From Dictyostelium discoideum (Eukaryota), in NCBI GenBank assembly GCA_000004695.1, contig CM000152.2, positions 3,584,001-3,648,000 of the forward strand: DNA of 64,000 nucleotides, given 5' to 3'. Positions 27,195 to 36,959 of this stretch are shown here, one piece after another (the first letter of the stretch is position 1; each line of letters begins with the position of its first letter). The notes beneath the pieces were generated by a model. The model saw only the letters and a list, made by a program, of their open reading frames with translations, made no database searches and was not told the origin of the DNA. A program made the translations under genes and the position numbers.

Positions 27195-28120
27195 GAATTA
27201 TATAATGAAACAGTTGTCAATGTAAAAATGGATACGGTTGGAAGAAAATATTATTTAAATCCACTCGAGTTTCCTTACAAGAATCTGCTATGCGATTTAA
27301 ATATTTTATTTAAATTCACACCAGAAATCCCATAATTCTCAAATATACCCACTACAGGTGGAGAATTCGGGTTCACCTTCAACTTTCCTTGCAACTATAA
27401 GCGAACCGCCAAATCAATATATAAAACAATATATAAAGAAACATCTATTTTAAATCTCAGTTTCGATACAAGCAAAAATCAGTTCGTTACTTACTTGGAT
27501 CCAGGGTGTGGTCCTTTATATTTAATTAGTGATAATATCACCATTTTCAGTACAACAATTGAAAGTGGTGCCATACCCAATGTACCAATTCTCGATGATG
27601 ATAAAGGTATTTTAACTATTCAAGGTAGTAATCTCTACAACACGTCAATTAAAATTTATTTCAACTAACATTGTGAAAGACACCAACCCTATTGGTACAA
27701 TAGATGCTTCCCATTCTTCTGTCACATTCTCAGTTGAAGAATTTTTAACTCCAAATAATTGGACAATTGAAGTCTCAATATGTGGCTCATTTTATAAAAG
27801 CTATTCCTACCCATATGGATTACCGGTTCTCACTAAAATGGAAGGGGGTACTTAATGATAATGGTGGTAATATGGTATTTACTGGAAAGCATTTAAGACC
27901 AAAACCAATATTGACAAAAAGAAAACTGCAACATTGGAAGAACCTGGATTTTTTATTGAAAATAATAATACCATTTTTATATTCCTACCAAATAATACTC
28001 AACCTGGTTTTATGAACCTTGTTGTTGGTGACGGTGGTCGTGAAATATTTACATCTCCATGATATAATTATCGCTCCAACTATTACTGCTGGCCAAACCT
28101 TCAAATCAAGTGGTAATAAA
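27195..28120 (+). pseudogene. tgrB-like pseudogene: signal peptide lost, frameshifts and stops, internal deletion
   Basis: Aligns to exon 1 and exon 2 of 49930..52846 (..VVNVKMDTVGRKYYLNPLEFPYKNLLCDLNI..). It is divergent from the tgrC-like pseudogene, with the conserved promoter motif between them. Confidence 0.7.
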
Positions 28121-28419
28121 TGGTTAAATAAATAATAAAAAAAAAAAAAAAAATATAATCCAGGTTTAATTAATTTTAAAACAAATTATTTATTCCATCC
28201 ATTTTTTTTATTATTTTATTAGTATAGATAAATAGAACACTCAAAAAATTAACAAAATGATATAAAAAATAAAAAGAAATGAAGGTGACCACTTTATTTT
28301 TAAATTTTTAAATTTTTTTTTTATTTTTTTTTTTTTATATATATTTAATTATATTTCTATAAATATATATATGAAAAATATAAATAAAATGATTTTATTT
28401 ATTTATTGAAGTATAAAAA

Positions 28420-29130
28420 AATATATGAGAATGTGTTTGGTGGTAATAGTGAGGGTTTTCTTTTTTTTTCTTTCAAAAATAAAACGACACTAGAGAATGA
28501 ATACAATTTTAGTATTTTTTGTTTTAAAAAATGAAAAGACACAGCACATTTGGTGTGTATTGGGTGTGTGTTTTTGTTATTGTTATGAAAAGACAAACAT
28601 AAAAATGCCATACAAATTTGTTTTTAGAAGTGGGTGTGGTGGTAAGTGGGTTTTTTATATGTATTTATATTCATATAATTTATTGATTATAAAAAAAATA
28701 TTCCAATGTGTTTAGTGGTAATAGTGGGAGTTTTCTTTTTTTTCTTTCAAAAATGAAACGACACAAGAGAGTGGGTTTAGTTGTGCAATTTTGTTTAAAA
28801 AATGAAAAGACAAAAAATAAAAATTACATACAAATTAGATGTATAGAAGTGGGTGTGGCGGTAAGTGTGAGTTTTTTATTTGTATTTATAATTTATTGAT
28901 ATAAAAAAAATATATGATTATTTGTTTGGTGGTAATAGTGAGGATTTTCTTTTTTTTTGTTACAAAAATGAAACGACACTAGAGAATGAATACAATTTTA
29001 GTATTTATTATTTTAAAAAATGAAAAGACACAACACATTTAGTGTTTGTGGAATGTGGGTTTTTTTATTATCTGTATTTTTTTTCTTTCAAAAAAGAAAC
29101 GACACTACACATTTGTTGTATGTATTTTAT
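28420..29130. repeat. Tandem array of about 3.5 units, period about 250 bp, of the hairpin-repeat family (plus orientation)
   Basis: The motif ..gtgtttggtggtaatagtgag..caaaaatgaaacgacac..aaaaaatgaaaagacacaacacatttggtgtg recurs at about 28425, 28705 and 28925. A partial unit lies at 29090..29130. Confidence 0.65.
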
Positions 29131-29814
29131 TATCTAGATAATATTTATTTTATATTATAAATCTAAAGAAATGAACTCTAAATAAAAATTAATAGAGTAT
29201 ATGTGTTTGGGGTGAATAATATAATTGTTTTTTATTTTATTTGAATGGGTACTTGTGTTGTTTTTTATTTTTTTATTGATAAAAATAGATACTATGAGAT
29301 TAATTTTATTTATTTTTTTTTTTTAATTTTTTTTTTTTATTTTTTTTATATATTAATAAAATTATCTAACTATTTATTTATTATTTTTTATTTTGGACTA
29401 TAGATTTTTTTTTTTTTGGGAAAAATAAGAATTTAAAAAAAAGAAAAAAAGAAAACAAAATAAATTAATAAAATGAAAAAAATAAATAATAACTAAAACA
29501 GCTAAAACTAAATTAAATAATATATTATATAAATAATAATTATAAATAACAACCCAACTAAATCTAGTTAGATTTATTTTTGATTGTTTTTTTTTTTAGG
29601 GGTTTATTGCCATTCTTTAAAATTTCTATTTATTTTTTAAAAAATTAAAATAAAAAAAAAATATCTTGGGACGAGCAACACTGGTATTAGCATGGTAAAC
29701 CTAATGTATTTTCAAACTCTCATATTTTTGTTCTATAACAATGGAAACATAGAAATATTTTTATGTAGGTTCCATCCGAATTTTATTTACTTAATTTCTG
29801 TATTATTTATTTAT

Positions 29815-29875
<61 letters not shown>

Positions 29876-30123
29876 TAATGTAAATTTTATTTATTTTTTT
29901 TCTATTTTTTTATAATTATTTTAGTAATTGTTTATTTTAATAGTAATATTCAAATTTGATGAATAACAAAAAAAGACACATAATGTTTTACTCTTTAGAA
30001 AGGGAATTTTTATTTTTATTTTTTTTATTTTTATTTTTTTTTTATATTTAATTTTAAGGTTTTATAAATTCACAATGAGACCTAGTATTATTATATAAGA
30101 GTTAAATTAAATAAACTAATTTA

Positions 30124-30606
30124 TTATTGTCCTTGATTTGGTTGGTTTGGTTGGTTTGCTGCTGCTGCTGCTGCTGCATCATCCTCAGCGAATAACTGGG
30201 CGATGAGATTCATGTCAACTAAATCGTGAGTATTAACTGGTGTTAAAACTGCATAGTTAATATCAATATGGGGATATTGTTTTTGTGTATATAATATGGC
30301 CTCGTCAACTTCAGCTCTGATATCCCAACCTGCTTGATCAGATCTTGCGAAAAAAATAGCAGCGGTGTCACCCATTTTTGGGTACCATATTGGGTTTCTA
30401 TTGAGTCTTGCTTTAAATCTTTTTCTGGCATTTGTTATGTAATTAGGTGAGGCGTAATCATAATTGGCACCGTTATTGGTAGCAGCCAAGGCAAGTATAG
30501 TTTGTGGTATTTGATCTAAATCTCTAATTTTTATTGCTTTTGTGACAATTACTTTTGAACAATACTCACCATTGTCATTATATAAACTTGGGTTGATTGA
30601 CGACAT
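30124..30606 (-). CDS. Hypothetical 160-aa protein, copy 2 of the duplicated gene
   Basis: Identical to 21551..22033 except V14E and V36I. The 3' flank carries a small inversion relative to copy 1. Confidence 0.65.
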   Translation of the reverse strand: MSSINPSLYNDNGEYCSKVIVTKAIKIRDLDQIPQTILALAATNNGANYDYASPNYITNARKRFKARLNRNPIWYPKMGDTAAIFFARSDQAGWDIRAEVDEAILYTQKQYPHIDINYAVLTPVNTHDLVDMNLIAQLFAEDDAAAAAAANQPNQPNQGQ

Positions 30607-30790
30607 TCTTGAAAAAATAAAAAAATTAAAAAAAAAAATTTTTTTTGAAATGATTTTTATCTAAAATATCTCGAGATTTTATAAAAAAAATTAAACTTTT
30701 TTTGATTTTGCAGCGTCACCACTACTATGTAAAATATTTACAATGCATTTACAATGCAATTACATTGTGATTTGTCTTTAAGTAAATTAA

Positions 30791-31009
30791 TGTTGTAGGG
30801 AATTTTTTTTGAAATTTCGCTTTCTAAACGGCAGTGAATTTTTACACTAAAATACACTGTTTATACGTAGTGTAAAAATTCACTAAAATTTTTTTTTTTT
30901 TTTTATAAATTAAAAACAATTTATTTAATCAAAATAATAAAAAAACTAATTTTAAACAATTATTTGTTGTTTAAGAATTAAATAACAATTTAAATTGTTA
31001 GATTTGAGC

Positions 31010-31047
<38 letters not shown>

Positions 31048-31334
31048 TTTTTTTTTTATTTTTTATTTTTCTTTTTTTTTTATTTTTCATTTTTTTTTTA
31101 TTTTTTATTTTTTTTTTTTATTTTTTTTTTTTCATTTTTTTTTTTATGTAACGAAGACACAAAAATAAGTTAATATTAAATAAGTGAACAAAGACACTAA
31201 TTATAGTTGACCCGCATTTAAATAATAATAATAATAATAATAATTCTATTAACTCGAGTTTATAATTATAAATAATATAAATACTAAAAATAATTATATA
31301 AACAATAATGAATACCATAATTAAAATATAAACC

Positions 31335-31379
<45 letters not shown>

Positions 31380-31470
31380 ATTTTTTTCAATTTTTTTTTA
31401 TCGAACAATTTTATTTTATTCCCCAAAAATGAAAACAATCGATAAAAAAAAAAATTGAAAAAAATAATTG

Positions 31471-31502
<32 letters not shown>

Positions 31503-31718
31503 GCAAACTAAATTTTTTTGTTATAAAAAATAAATAACAAGCAAATAACTGAATAAAATTGGTTTTTTATTTTTCTGATTAAATAAATTGTTTTTTAATT
31601 TAATTATAAAAAAAAAAAAAATTTAGTGAATTTTTACACCATGCATAAACAGCGTATTTTAGTGTAAAAATTCACTGCCGTTTAGAAAGCGAAATTTCAA
31701 AAAAAATTCCCCACAACA
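30791..31718. mobile_element. Non-autonomous DNA-transposon-like element, 928 bp, with 76-bp terminal inverted repeats and a TTAA target-site duplication. No ORF.
   Basis: TIR-L 30791..30866 is tgttgtagggaatttttttt..aatacactgtttatac and TIR-R 31643..31718 is its reverse complement (2 mismatches). Flanking TTAA lies at 30787..30790 and 31719..31722. The uninterrupted paralogous site taaatTAACgtatccc is at 22209..22222. Confidence 0.75.
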
Positions 31719-31901
31719 TTAACGTATCCCATATTAATTTTATCTATAATCAGAGAGATATAAAACTATATTTCCCTAATTATAGATCAAACAAATAAGA
31801 ATCAATAATCTAATTCACAAATTCAATTTTAAAAAAAGGATAAAAAAATCAGGCAATAATAATTATGGGATGTGTAAAACATTCACAACAATTATATTTA
31901 T

Positions 31902-32102
31902 TTATTCATCGTTATGTTGACATGAATTTTGAACATCTTTAATAAGAAGAAATTGTTTTATATAGTCTGACATTAACAAACTAAACGATTCGGTGCATTG
32001 CTTTATTACTTCTGGTGTACTTGAATAATTCGATTTATTACATAGCGATTCCATCATACGAATACATAGAGAGTCTATTTGTTTAATTCCTTCTAAATCC
32101 AT
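31902..32102 (-). CDS. Island ORF, 66 aa, hypothetical
   Basis: ATG ORF in the compositionally atypical island, 37 bp from the next ORF. Confidence 0.3.
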   Translation of the reverse strand: MDLEGIKQIDSLCIRMMESLCNKSNYSSTPEVIKQCTESFSLLMSDYIKQFLLIKDVQNSCQHNDE

Positions 32103-32138
32103 CTTGAATGTTTTGTAATAATGATTGGTTTTTTTATT

Positions 32139-32378
32139 TTATAAATTGTTTGTGATATGTTTATATAACCGGAATAATTCTTTGTCTTCTTCACGAAATA
32201 GTTCTTCGGAATCTTTATAGTGCAGTCTAAAAAAGCCAGTAAATTTACCTGTTTCGTCATCAAGTATTGGTACGTGTTTTATATTCGATTTCAAATATTG
32301 AATTTTTAAAATGAAATTATTTATAGTTGCTACAACTTGTCTATGTGATAAATATATCTCGTCTTCTTCTCCTTGCAT
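32139..32378 (-). CDS. Island ORF, 79 aa, hypothetical. Possibly a HicB-like partner of the adjacent HicA-like ORF, but this is speculative.
   Basis: Divergent from the HicA-like ORF with a 75-bp spacer. The segment HVPILDDETGKFTGFFRLHY weakly resembles the HicB N-terminal beta-strands. Confidence 0.3.
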   Translation of the reverse strand: MQGEEDEIYLSHRQVVATINNFILKIQYLKSNIKHVPILDDETGKFTGFFRLHYKDSEELFREEDKELFRLYKHITNNL

Positions 32379-32453
32379 GTTTTAAAATGATTTATTTGAA
32401 TAATAAAATTGATTTAAAGAAATAAAATATATAGAAATGTATATAAAAAAGAA

Positions 32454-32642
32454 ATGAAATATTCAAGAGTTGAAAAAACCCTCAAAGAAAATGGTTGGGT
32501 AATGGAACGTATGAAAGGGGGTCACGCACAATTTAGGAATGATAGTGGTGGATCGACTACTGTTCCGTATAATGGTAATAAAGATATACCAATTGGTACA
32601 TTAAAAGCCATCGAAAAACAAACTGGTGTGAGTATTATATAG
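32454..32642 (+). CDS. HicA/YcfA-family toxin-domain protein, 62 aa
   Basis: MKYSRVEKTLKENGWVMERMKGGHAQFRNDSGGSTTVPYNGNKDIPIGTLKAIEKQTGV fits the HicA consensus (..L.k.GW..vr.kGSHh.F.h......tvP.H..kdl..GTl.sIlKQaGl) along its whole length. It uses codons rare in the host (ggg, cac, gca, tcg, ccg). Confidence 0.6.
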   Translation: MKYSRVEKTLKENGWVMERMKGGHAQFRNDSGGSTTVPYNGNKDIPIGTLKAIEKQTGVSII

Positions 32643-32659
32643 TTTATTTATTTATTTAT

Positions 32660-32944
32660 TTAAAAACCAATTATTGTGTTGTATACATCACGGATATTAT
32701 GATGTTTATGATTAAAGAACATGGGATTTATGGGACCATGTGAAAATATTTCCTCACGTGTTGGCATTGGTCTCATTTCTGGTTCTGTGATAATGTTGTA
32801 GTATTGTTTGAGAATACTATATTCTTTATATGTTTTTACTTCATTTGTTTTTAACATTTGAGCTAGTATCATTTGTGTTTGGAGCGCAGATTTTATTTGA
32901 TTATGTGTATCCATTTCGTTGTTATATGTGTATGTTAAAAACAA
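32660..32944 (-). CDS. Island ORF, 94 aa, hypothetical
   Basis: ATG ORF 18 bp downstream of the HicA-like ORF, on the opposite strand. Confidence 0.35.
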   Translation of the reverse strand: MFLTYTYNNEMDTHNQIKSALQTQMILAQMLKTNEVKTYKEYSILKQYYNIITEPEMRPMPTREEIFSHGPINPMFFNHKHHNIRDVYNTIIGF

Positions 32945-33046
32945 TAATGATTATGATTTTATATTTTTTTCTTTTTGACTTTTAAACTGTTGTATCAGTG
33001 TAGTATTGTGCTGGTTGAACAGCAACCGTTAATTGTTCTGTTGATG

Positions 33047-33481
33047 TCATACCAGCTGGAGGAAGCGAATATAGACGTAAATTAAGTGGTGTCGCTGAGC
33101 CAAGGGAAAGCACTTTGCAATAGCAGATTTACCGGTAGAGTCAACACAAATGAATGAACAATATGCACTGGTAACCCTGGTTGGAATGGTAGTTGATGTC
33201 CAAGTGAACCCGAGCATCTTATCTGCGTATCCACCGGTGTTTGCTGGTAATGTGAGTGTGGAGAAATATATTGTGACTTGACCTTTCGATCTATTGTACG
33301 CGAAAATGGCACTTAAACCTGGAATTGTTGCGATTGGGGTTGTGTTGTTAATTGATGATATCACATGTACAGTCAAAGATATTTGATGGTATGAGAAGTT
33401 ATCGGAACCAAAAACCTTCCCCGATCGATTTATGATTCTTCCATTGTCTTGTAAAATTAAATCTCCAAATATAGATGTCAT
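33047..33481 (-). CDS. Island paralogue family member P1, 144 aa
   Basis: The N-terminus MTSIFGDLILQDNGRIINRSGK is shared with 34324..34740 and 34907..35353. The protein is beta-rich and has no signal peptide. Confidence 0.5.
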   Translation of the reverse strand: MTSIFGDLILQDNGRIINRSGKVFGSDNFSYHQISLTVHVISSINNTTPIATIPGLSAIFAYNRSKGQVTIYFSTLTLPANTGGYADKMLGFTWTSTTIPTRVTSAYCSFICVDSTGKSAIAKCFPLAQRHHLIYVYIRFLQLV

Positions 33482-33622
33482 TCTTTTGTTGTGGTAATAT
33501 GTTGTGTTGTTTTATGTGTAATACGTTTTTCCATTTTAGATTTATTTATTTGTGATTAGTAACTTTCTTTTTGTGTTGGAAGACGATTTTACCCTCGGCT
33601 ATGTATTTGTGTTTTTCAGCTA

Positions 33623-34225
33623 CTATTTTTGATCTCTGATACATTTATCGGGCATCATTTTCAACCAATCATACCATTCTAAATCAAACATTGGTCTAAT
33701 GTTGTCATTAATCATAGCACGAACCACTAACCAATTCAGTGTTGACGAACTATATCCTGGATGGCCGTAACGGCTGTTCGTTATGTGGTTGAATTGGAAG
33801 TCAGAGTATGTTCTGTTGTATAGAATTCCATACAAGAATTTCAACCCTTTCGAACGCTTCGATGTATAGTGTCTTTTATTTCTGAACTTTCCAGTTTCAA
33901 TAAATTTCCATATATCTGGTTTGGTGAATTTTTCCAAAACAGATTTAATATGGTCGTAATTTGGGTGATTGTATATTAATAGTACCCTTGTCTTTAAAAC
34001 ATGTGGGGGATGTCTTGATGTTTTACTGCATGTTTTTAAATGATTAATTACACCTTTATCATCTGGTGGTGCAAGAAACACTAGAATCACTCGCTTTGTC
34101 ACTACACTCCTCCAAACTTTCCAAAATAATACTTCTGATGGTGATGAGACTGGTTTTTTATTTGATGTAAAAGATTCCTCTATCTCTCTCTTTCTTTTAT
34201 TTGTGTCTTTGATTGGTTCGTTCAT
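33623..34225 (-). CDS. Island ORF, 200 aa, hypothetical basic protein
   Basis: Intact ORF with N-terminal KRKRE. No recognised domain. Confidence 0.4.
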   Translation of the reverse strand: MNEPIKDTNKRKREIEESFTSNKKPVSSPSEVLFWKVWRSVVTKRVILVFLAPPDDKGVINHLKTCSKTSRHPPHVLKTRVLLIYNHPNYDHIKSVLEKFTKPDIWKFIETGKFRNKRHYTSKRSKGLKFLYGILYNRTYSDFQFNHITNSRYGHPGYSSSTLNWLVVRAMINDNIRPMFDLEWYDWLKMMPDKCIRDQK

Positions 34226-34323
34226 TTGGTAATATAATAATAAATGTAAAGAATCGCAATTGTTTGATTAAATAAATCTAAATTTGATATCGAAAACAAA
34301 CAACACATTATCACATTCAAATT

Positions 34324-34740
34324 ATGACATCTATACATTGTAATTTAGTTTTGCAAGACGGTGGTAGGATCATTAGTAAAGACGGCAGTGCGCAAGCACA
34401 GGGGATCGGCAACAGCGAAATCATCCCATTCACAACAGACGCATTCATAACGTCAACTTTTCCTGACAACCCACCAGTTGGAAGTCCAAAGAGAAAGACA
34501 ATTCAGTGTATCGCTTACAAATACAGAAAAGGACCATCGTCATACACTATTAGGGTCTCAATCCCATCTATTTCTTTTCCAATGGGAGACTATGATGGAC
34601 ACTGTTTGGGTTTTATCCAGCCATCGGCATCATTGGGGATCAAAGTGCGTATTACATACTTTGGGTTCTTTCAATTTACAACTGATACTGGCACAGTAAA
34701 AACAACTAAAAACAGTTCAATTATGAACTATGGGGGATGA
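34324..34740 (+). CDS. Island paralogue family member P2, 138 aa
   Basis: Starts MTSIHCNLVLQDGGRIISKDGS. About 42% GC, with runs such as gcgcaagcacaggggatcggcaacagcg. Confidence 0.5.
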   Translation: MTSIHCNLVLQDGGRIISKDGSAQAQGIGNSEIIPFTTDAFITSTFPDNPPVGSPKRKTIQCIAYKYRKGPSSYTIRVSIPSISFPMGDYDGHCLGFIQPSASLGIKVRITYFGFFQFTTDTGTVKTTKNSSIMNYGG

Positions 34741-34906
34741 TAACATTCCGTATTTCCAATCATCTCTACCGATAACATCATCGGTGCCCGTATCATTCGT
34801 GACAAGTAATTCTGATGGTGTTTTTCCATACACTGGAATATAATGGCCCTTTTTCTAAATAAACAAATAAACACTATATTTTATTACCAAGAACCACAAC
34901 AAAAGA

Positions 34907-35353
34907 ATGACATCTATATTTGGAGATTTAATTTTACAAGATGGAGCTAAAATAATTCGTAGGGACGGTTCATCTTTAATTCCATCTAGAACCATCAGAA
35001 ATGCCACCATTAATATTGGAACCATGACCAATACCTCAACACCTGGTAGTTTGATAACTATACAGGCTGAAGCAACATTTATCATAGACGACGATAAGTA
35101 CGTCGAAATGCTCATAGGTATGAAATTTATACCAACTTCAACACACAATGGGAGAGTCATGGTAATCTCTGGCCTTCCATTAGATTTGGTATCAACAAAA
35201 CCACCAAACGGATCATGTATGGTTACAGGTGACGATAACTATGCAATTATTACAATGGCACATTTCGATAGATGGGTAACTGGTGTACCACAAGCACAGT
35301 TAGCATCAACAATTCCATTATCCGGGTTACCTACAACAACCCATCTTCTTTAA
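34907..35353 (+). CDS. Island paralogue family member P3, 148 aa
   Basis: Starts MTSIFGDLILQDGAKIIRRDGS. It shares the internal motif MLIGMKFIPTST with P1 (MLGFTWTSTT). Confidence 0.5.
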   Translation: MTSIFGDLILQDGAKIIRRDGSSLIPSRTIRNATINIGTMTNTSTPGSLITIQAEATFIIDDDKYVEMLIGMKFIPTSTHNGRVMVISGLPLDLVSTKPPNGSCMVTGDDNYAIITMAHFDRWVTGVPQAQLASTIPLSGLPTTTHLL

Positions 35354-35483
35354 TACAAAAACTTCAGGGTCTTTTATAAATTATAAATAAAAACTATAAT
35401 CATTATTTTTTAAAAAAATAAGAACCATTATGTGATAAAGCGTTATTAAATATATGTTATTATTTATTTTTTTTATTGTATTT

Positions 35484-35738
35484 TTATTTTTGAAAGTAAC
35501 CACCACATAATGTAATTTGTGGTGTGATATCTTTTGACGGTGGTGAACCATCTTCTGGCCATATATTTAATATTGATCTGTAAATGGCCGATGTTTGTAG
35601 ATATGATTCTTGCTTTGCGATATAGTATAAATGTTTAATCCTTAAATTATCTTCTTCATCAGAGGCATTGTTTTCAGAAGCGATGCAAATTCTTATTAGT
35701 TGTCTTTCTATTTTTAATTCCATTCTATCTGATAGCAT
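35484..35738 (-). CDS. Island ORF, 84 aa, hypothetical
   Basis: Intact ATG ORF. Confidence 0.3.
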   Translation of the reverse strand: MLSDRMELKIERQLIRICIASENNASDEEDNLRIKHLYYIAKQESYLQTSAIYRSILNIWPEDGSPPSKDITPQITLCGGYFQK

Positions 35739-35875
35739 TCTGTCGCTATCAATAGCCTGTTGATCATTGATTTATTTATATGTATTTGTGTTATTTCATC
35801 TGGTGTGTCTATGTTCATTGTTTGTATTTGTTTGATGTTTTCGATAATAAAAAATTTATTTTATTTATTGGTTTT

Positions 35876-36241
35876 TTATTTTTCGACATTTTCGCAATCA
35901 CTGTCTGAATATTCGTATTCTTCGAACCTTGATTCTTCGCCAATATCAGAATCATCACTATCAGGATCGTAAATATAAGAATGTTCTTCGCAAAGTGGAT
36001 CGTTCTTTTTGTTTGAACACCAATTACCATAAAGATCGGCGATATCCACACCTTTTTTTGATTCTTCTTTGAAACTATCATGTATATACTCCAAACACCC
36101 ACTTACACAACACCTCAAAATGTGGTAGTCACAGTTTGAACATTTGAGTGAATATCTTTCCAACGGATGGTCTGATTGTGTGTGGTGTATAAATATCTGT
36201 TGATTTCTACAGTTTTCGCAATAGGTTTTGAAACAGTGCAT
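35876..36241 (-). CDS. Island ORF, 121 aa, Cys-rich (possible zinc-binding) acidic protein
   Basis: CxxC..CSNC..C..CxxGC..CEEH spacing, plus an acidic D/E/S tail. Confidence 0.4.
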   Translation of the reverse strand: MHCFKTYCENCRNQQIFIHHTQSDHPLERYSLKCSNCDYHILRCCVSGCLEYIHDSFKEESKKGVDIADLYGNWCSNKKNDPLCEEHSYIYDPDSDDSDIGEESRFEEYEYSDSDCENVEK

Positions 36242-36538
36242 TTTGAATAATGAATAAAGAAATTACAAATAATTTAAATAAACAAATAAAGATGCACGTC
36301 GAATGGTTGGGTGAAACAAAGAGTGATGAAATATTCAATAAAAGAATGGAAATTATCGAAAAACTCCAGCAGTTACTTTTAACTCAAATCGAAATTGGTT
36401 TGAATATCTAAGAAAACGTAGACCTGCTTTGACCTGTACCATCACTATACTATCACTATATTCTCACTGTAGCGATACTGATCTAGTACAGTAAAAAAAC
36501 TGTGGTTTTTATTTATCAATTTTATAAAAATAAAAAGT

Positions 36539-36787
36539 TTATTTATTATTTATTTTTGTTTGTTTTTTTGGTTGAATTATTGGTTGTTTCTTACCACTTC
36601 TTTCAAGTTTTAATGGTTGTGTATTATCTTTTTTTGAAACACGCTTTCTTTTAGTGTAAATTGTTGGTGGAACACCCTTTGGTAATGTTACTTCTTTGTT
36701 TTCAACACCTTCTTCTTCAACCTGTTTATTGTTTTCCATTTGTTGTTTTACATATTTAAAAAAAAACAATAATATATATTTAAACAT
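36539..36787 (-). CDS. Island ORF, 82 aa, lysine-rich basic protein
   Basis: High K/R/Q content, which could indicate nucleic-acid binding. Confidence 0.3.
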   Translation of the reverse strand: MFKYILLFFFKYVKQQMENNKQVEEEGVENKEVTLPKGVPPTIYTKRKRVSKKDNTQPLKLERSGKKQPIIQPKKQTKINNK

Positions 36788-36959
36788 TGTGTATAATTCG
36801 ATTATAATAATAACAATTGTTATTAGAAAATTTAAATAATTTAATGATTTTGATTATTTTTTATTTTTATTTTACTAAAAAACATGATCCAAATAACACA
36901 GCGTTTGTACAGTACCAGCAATGTATTAATACAGTGATAGTACAGTGTTTGTATAGTGT

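Noticed and set aside
28420-29130. Regularly spaced repeats that might superficially suggest a CRISPR-like array
   Set aside because: The period is about 250 bp with long, diverged units containing their own palindromes. The context is a eukaryotic AT-rich genome, and the units belong to an interspersed repeat family.
31118-31438. 106-aa ORF inside the TTAA/TIR element
   Set aside because: Composed of poly-K/poly-L from A/T homopolymers. It is not a transposase.
33082-33312. 76-aa ORF overlapping island gene P1 in another frame
   Set aside because: It lies entirely within the longer, family-supported 144-aa frame.
35760-36102. Overlapping plus- and minus-strand ORFs (70 and 95 aa) in the island
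   Set aside because: They overlap the longer Cys-rich ORF 35876..36241 and are low-complexity. They were kept out of the feature list.
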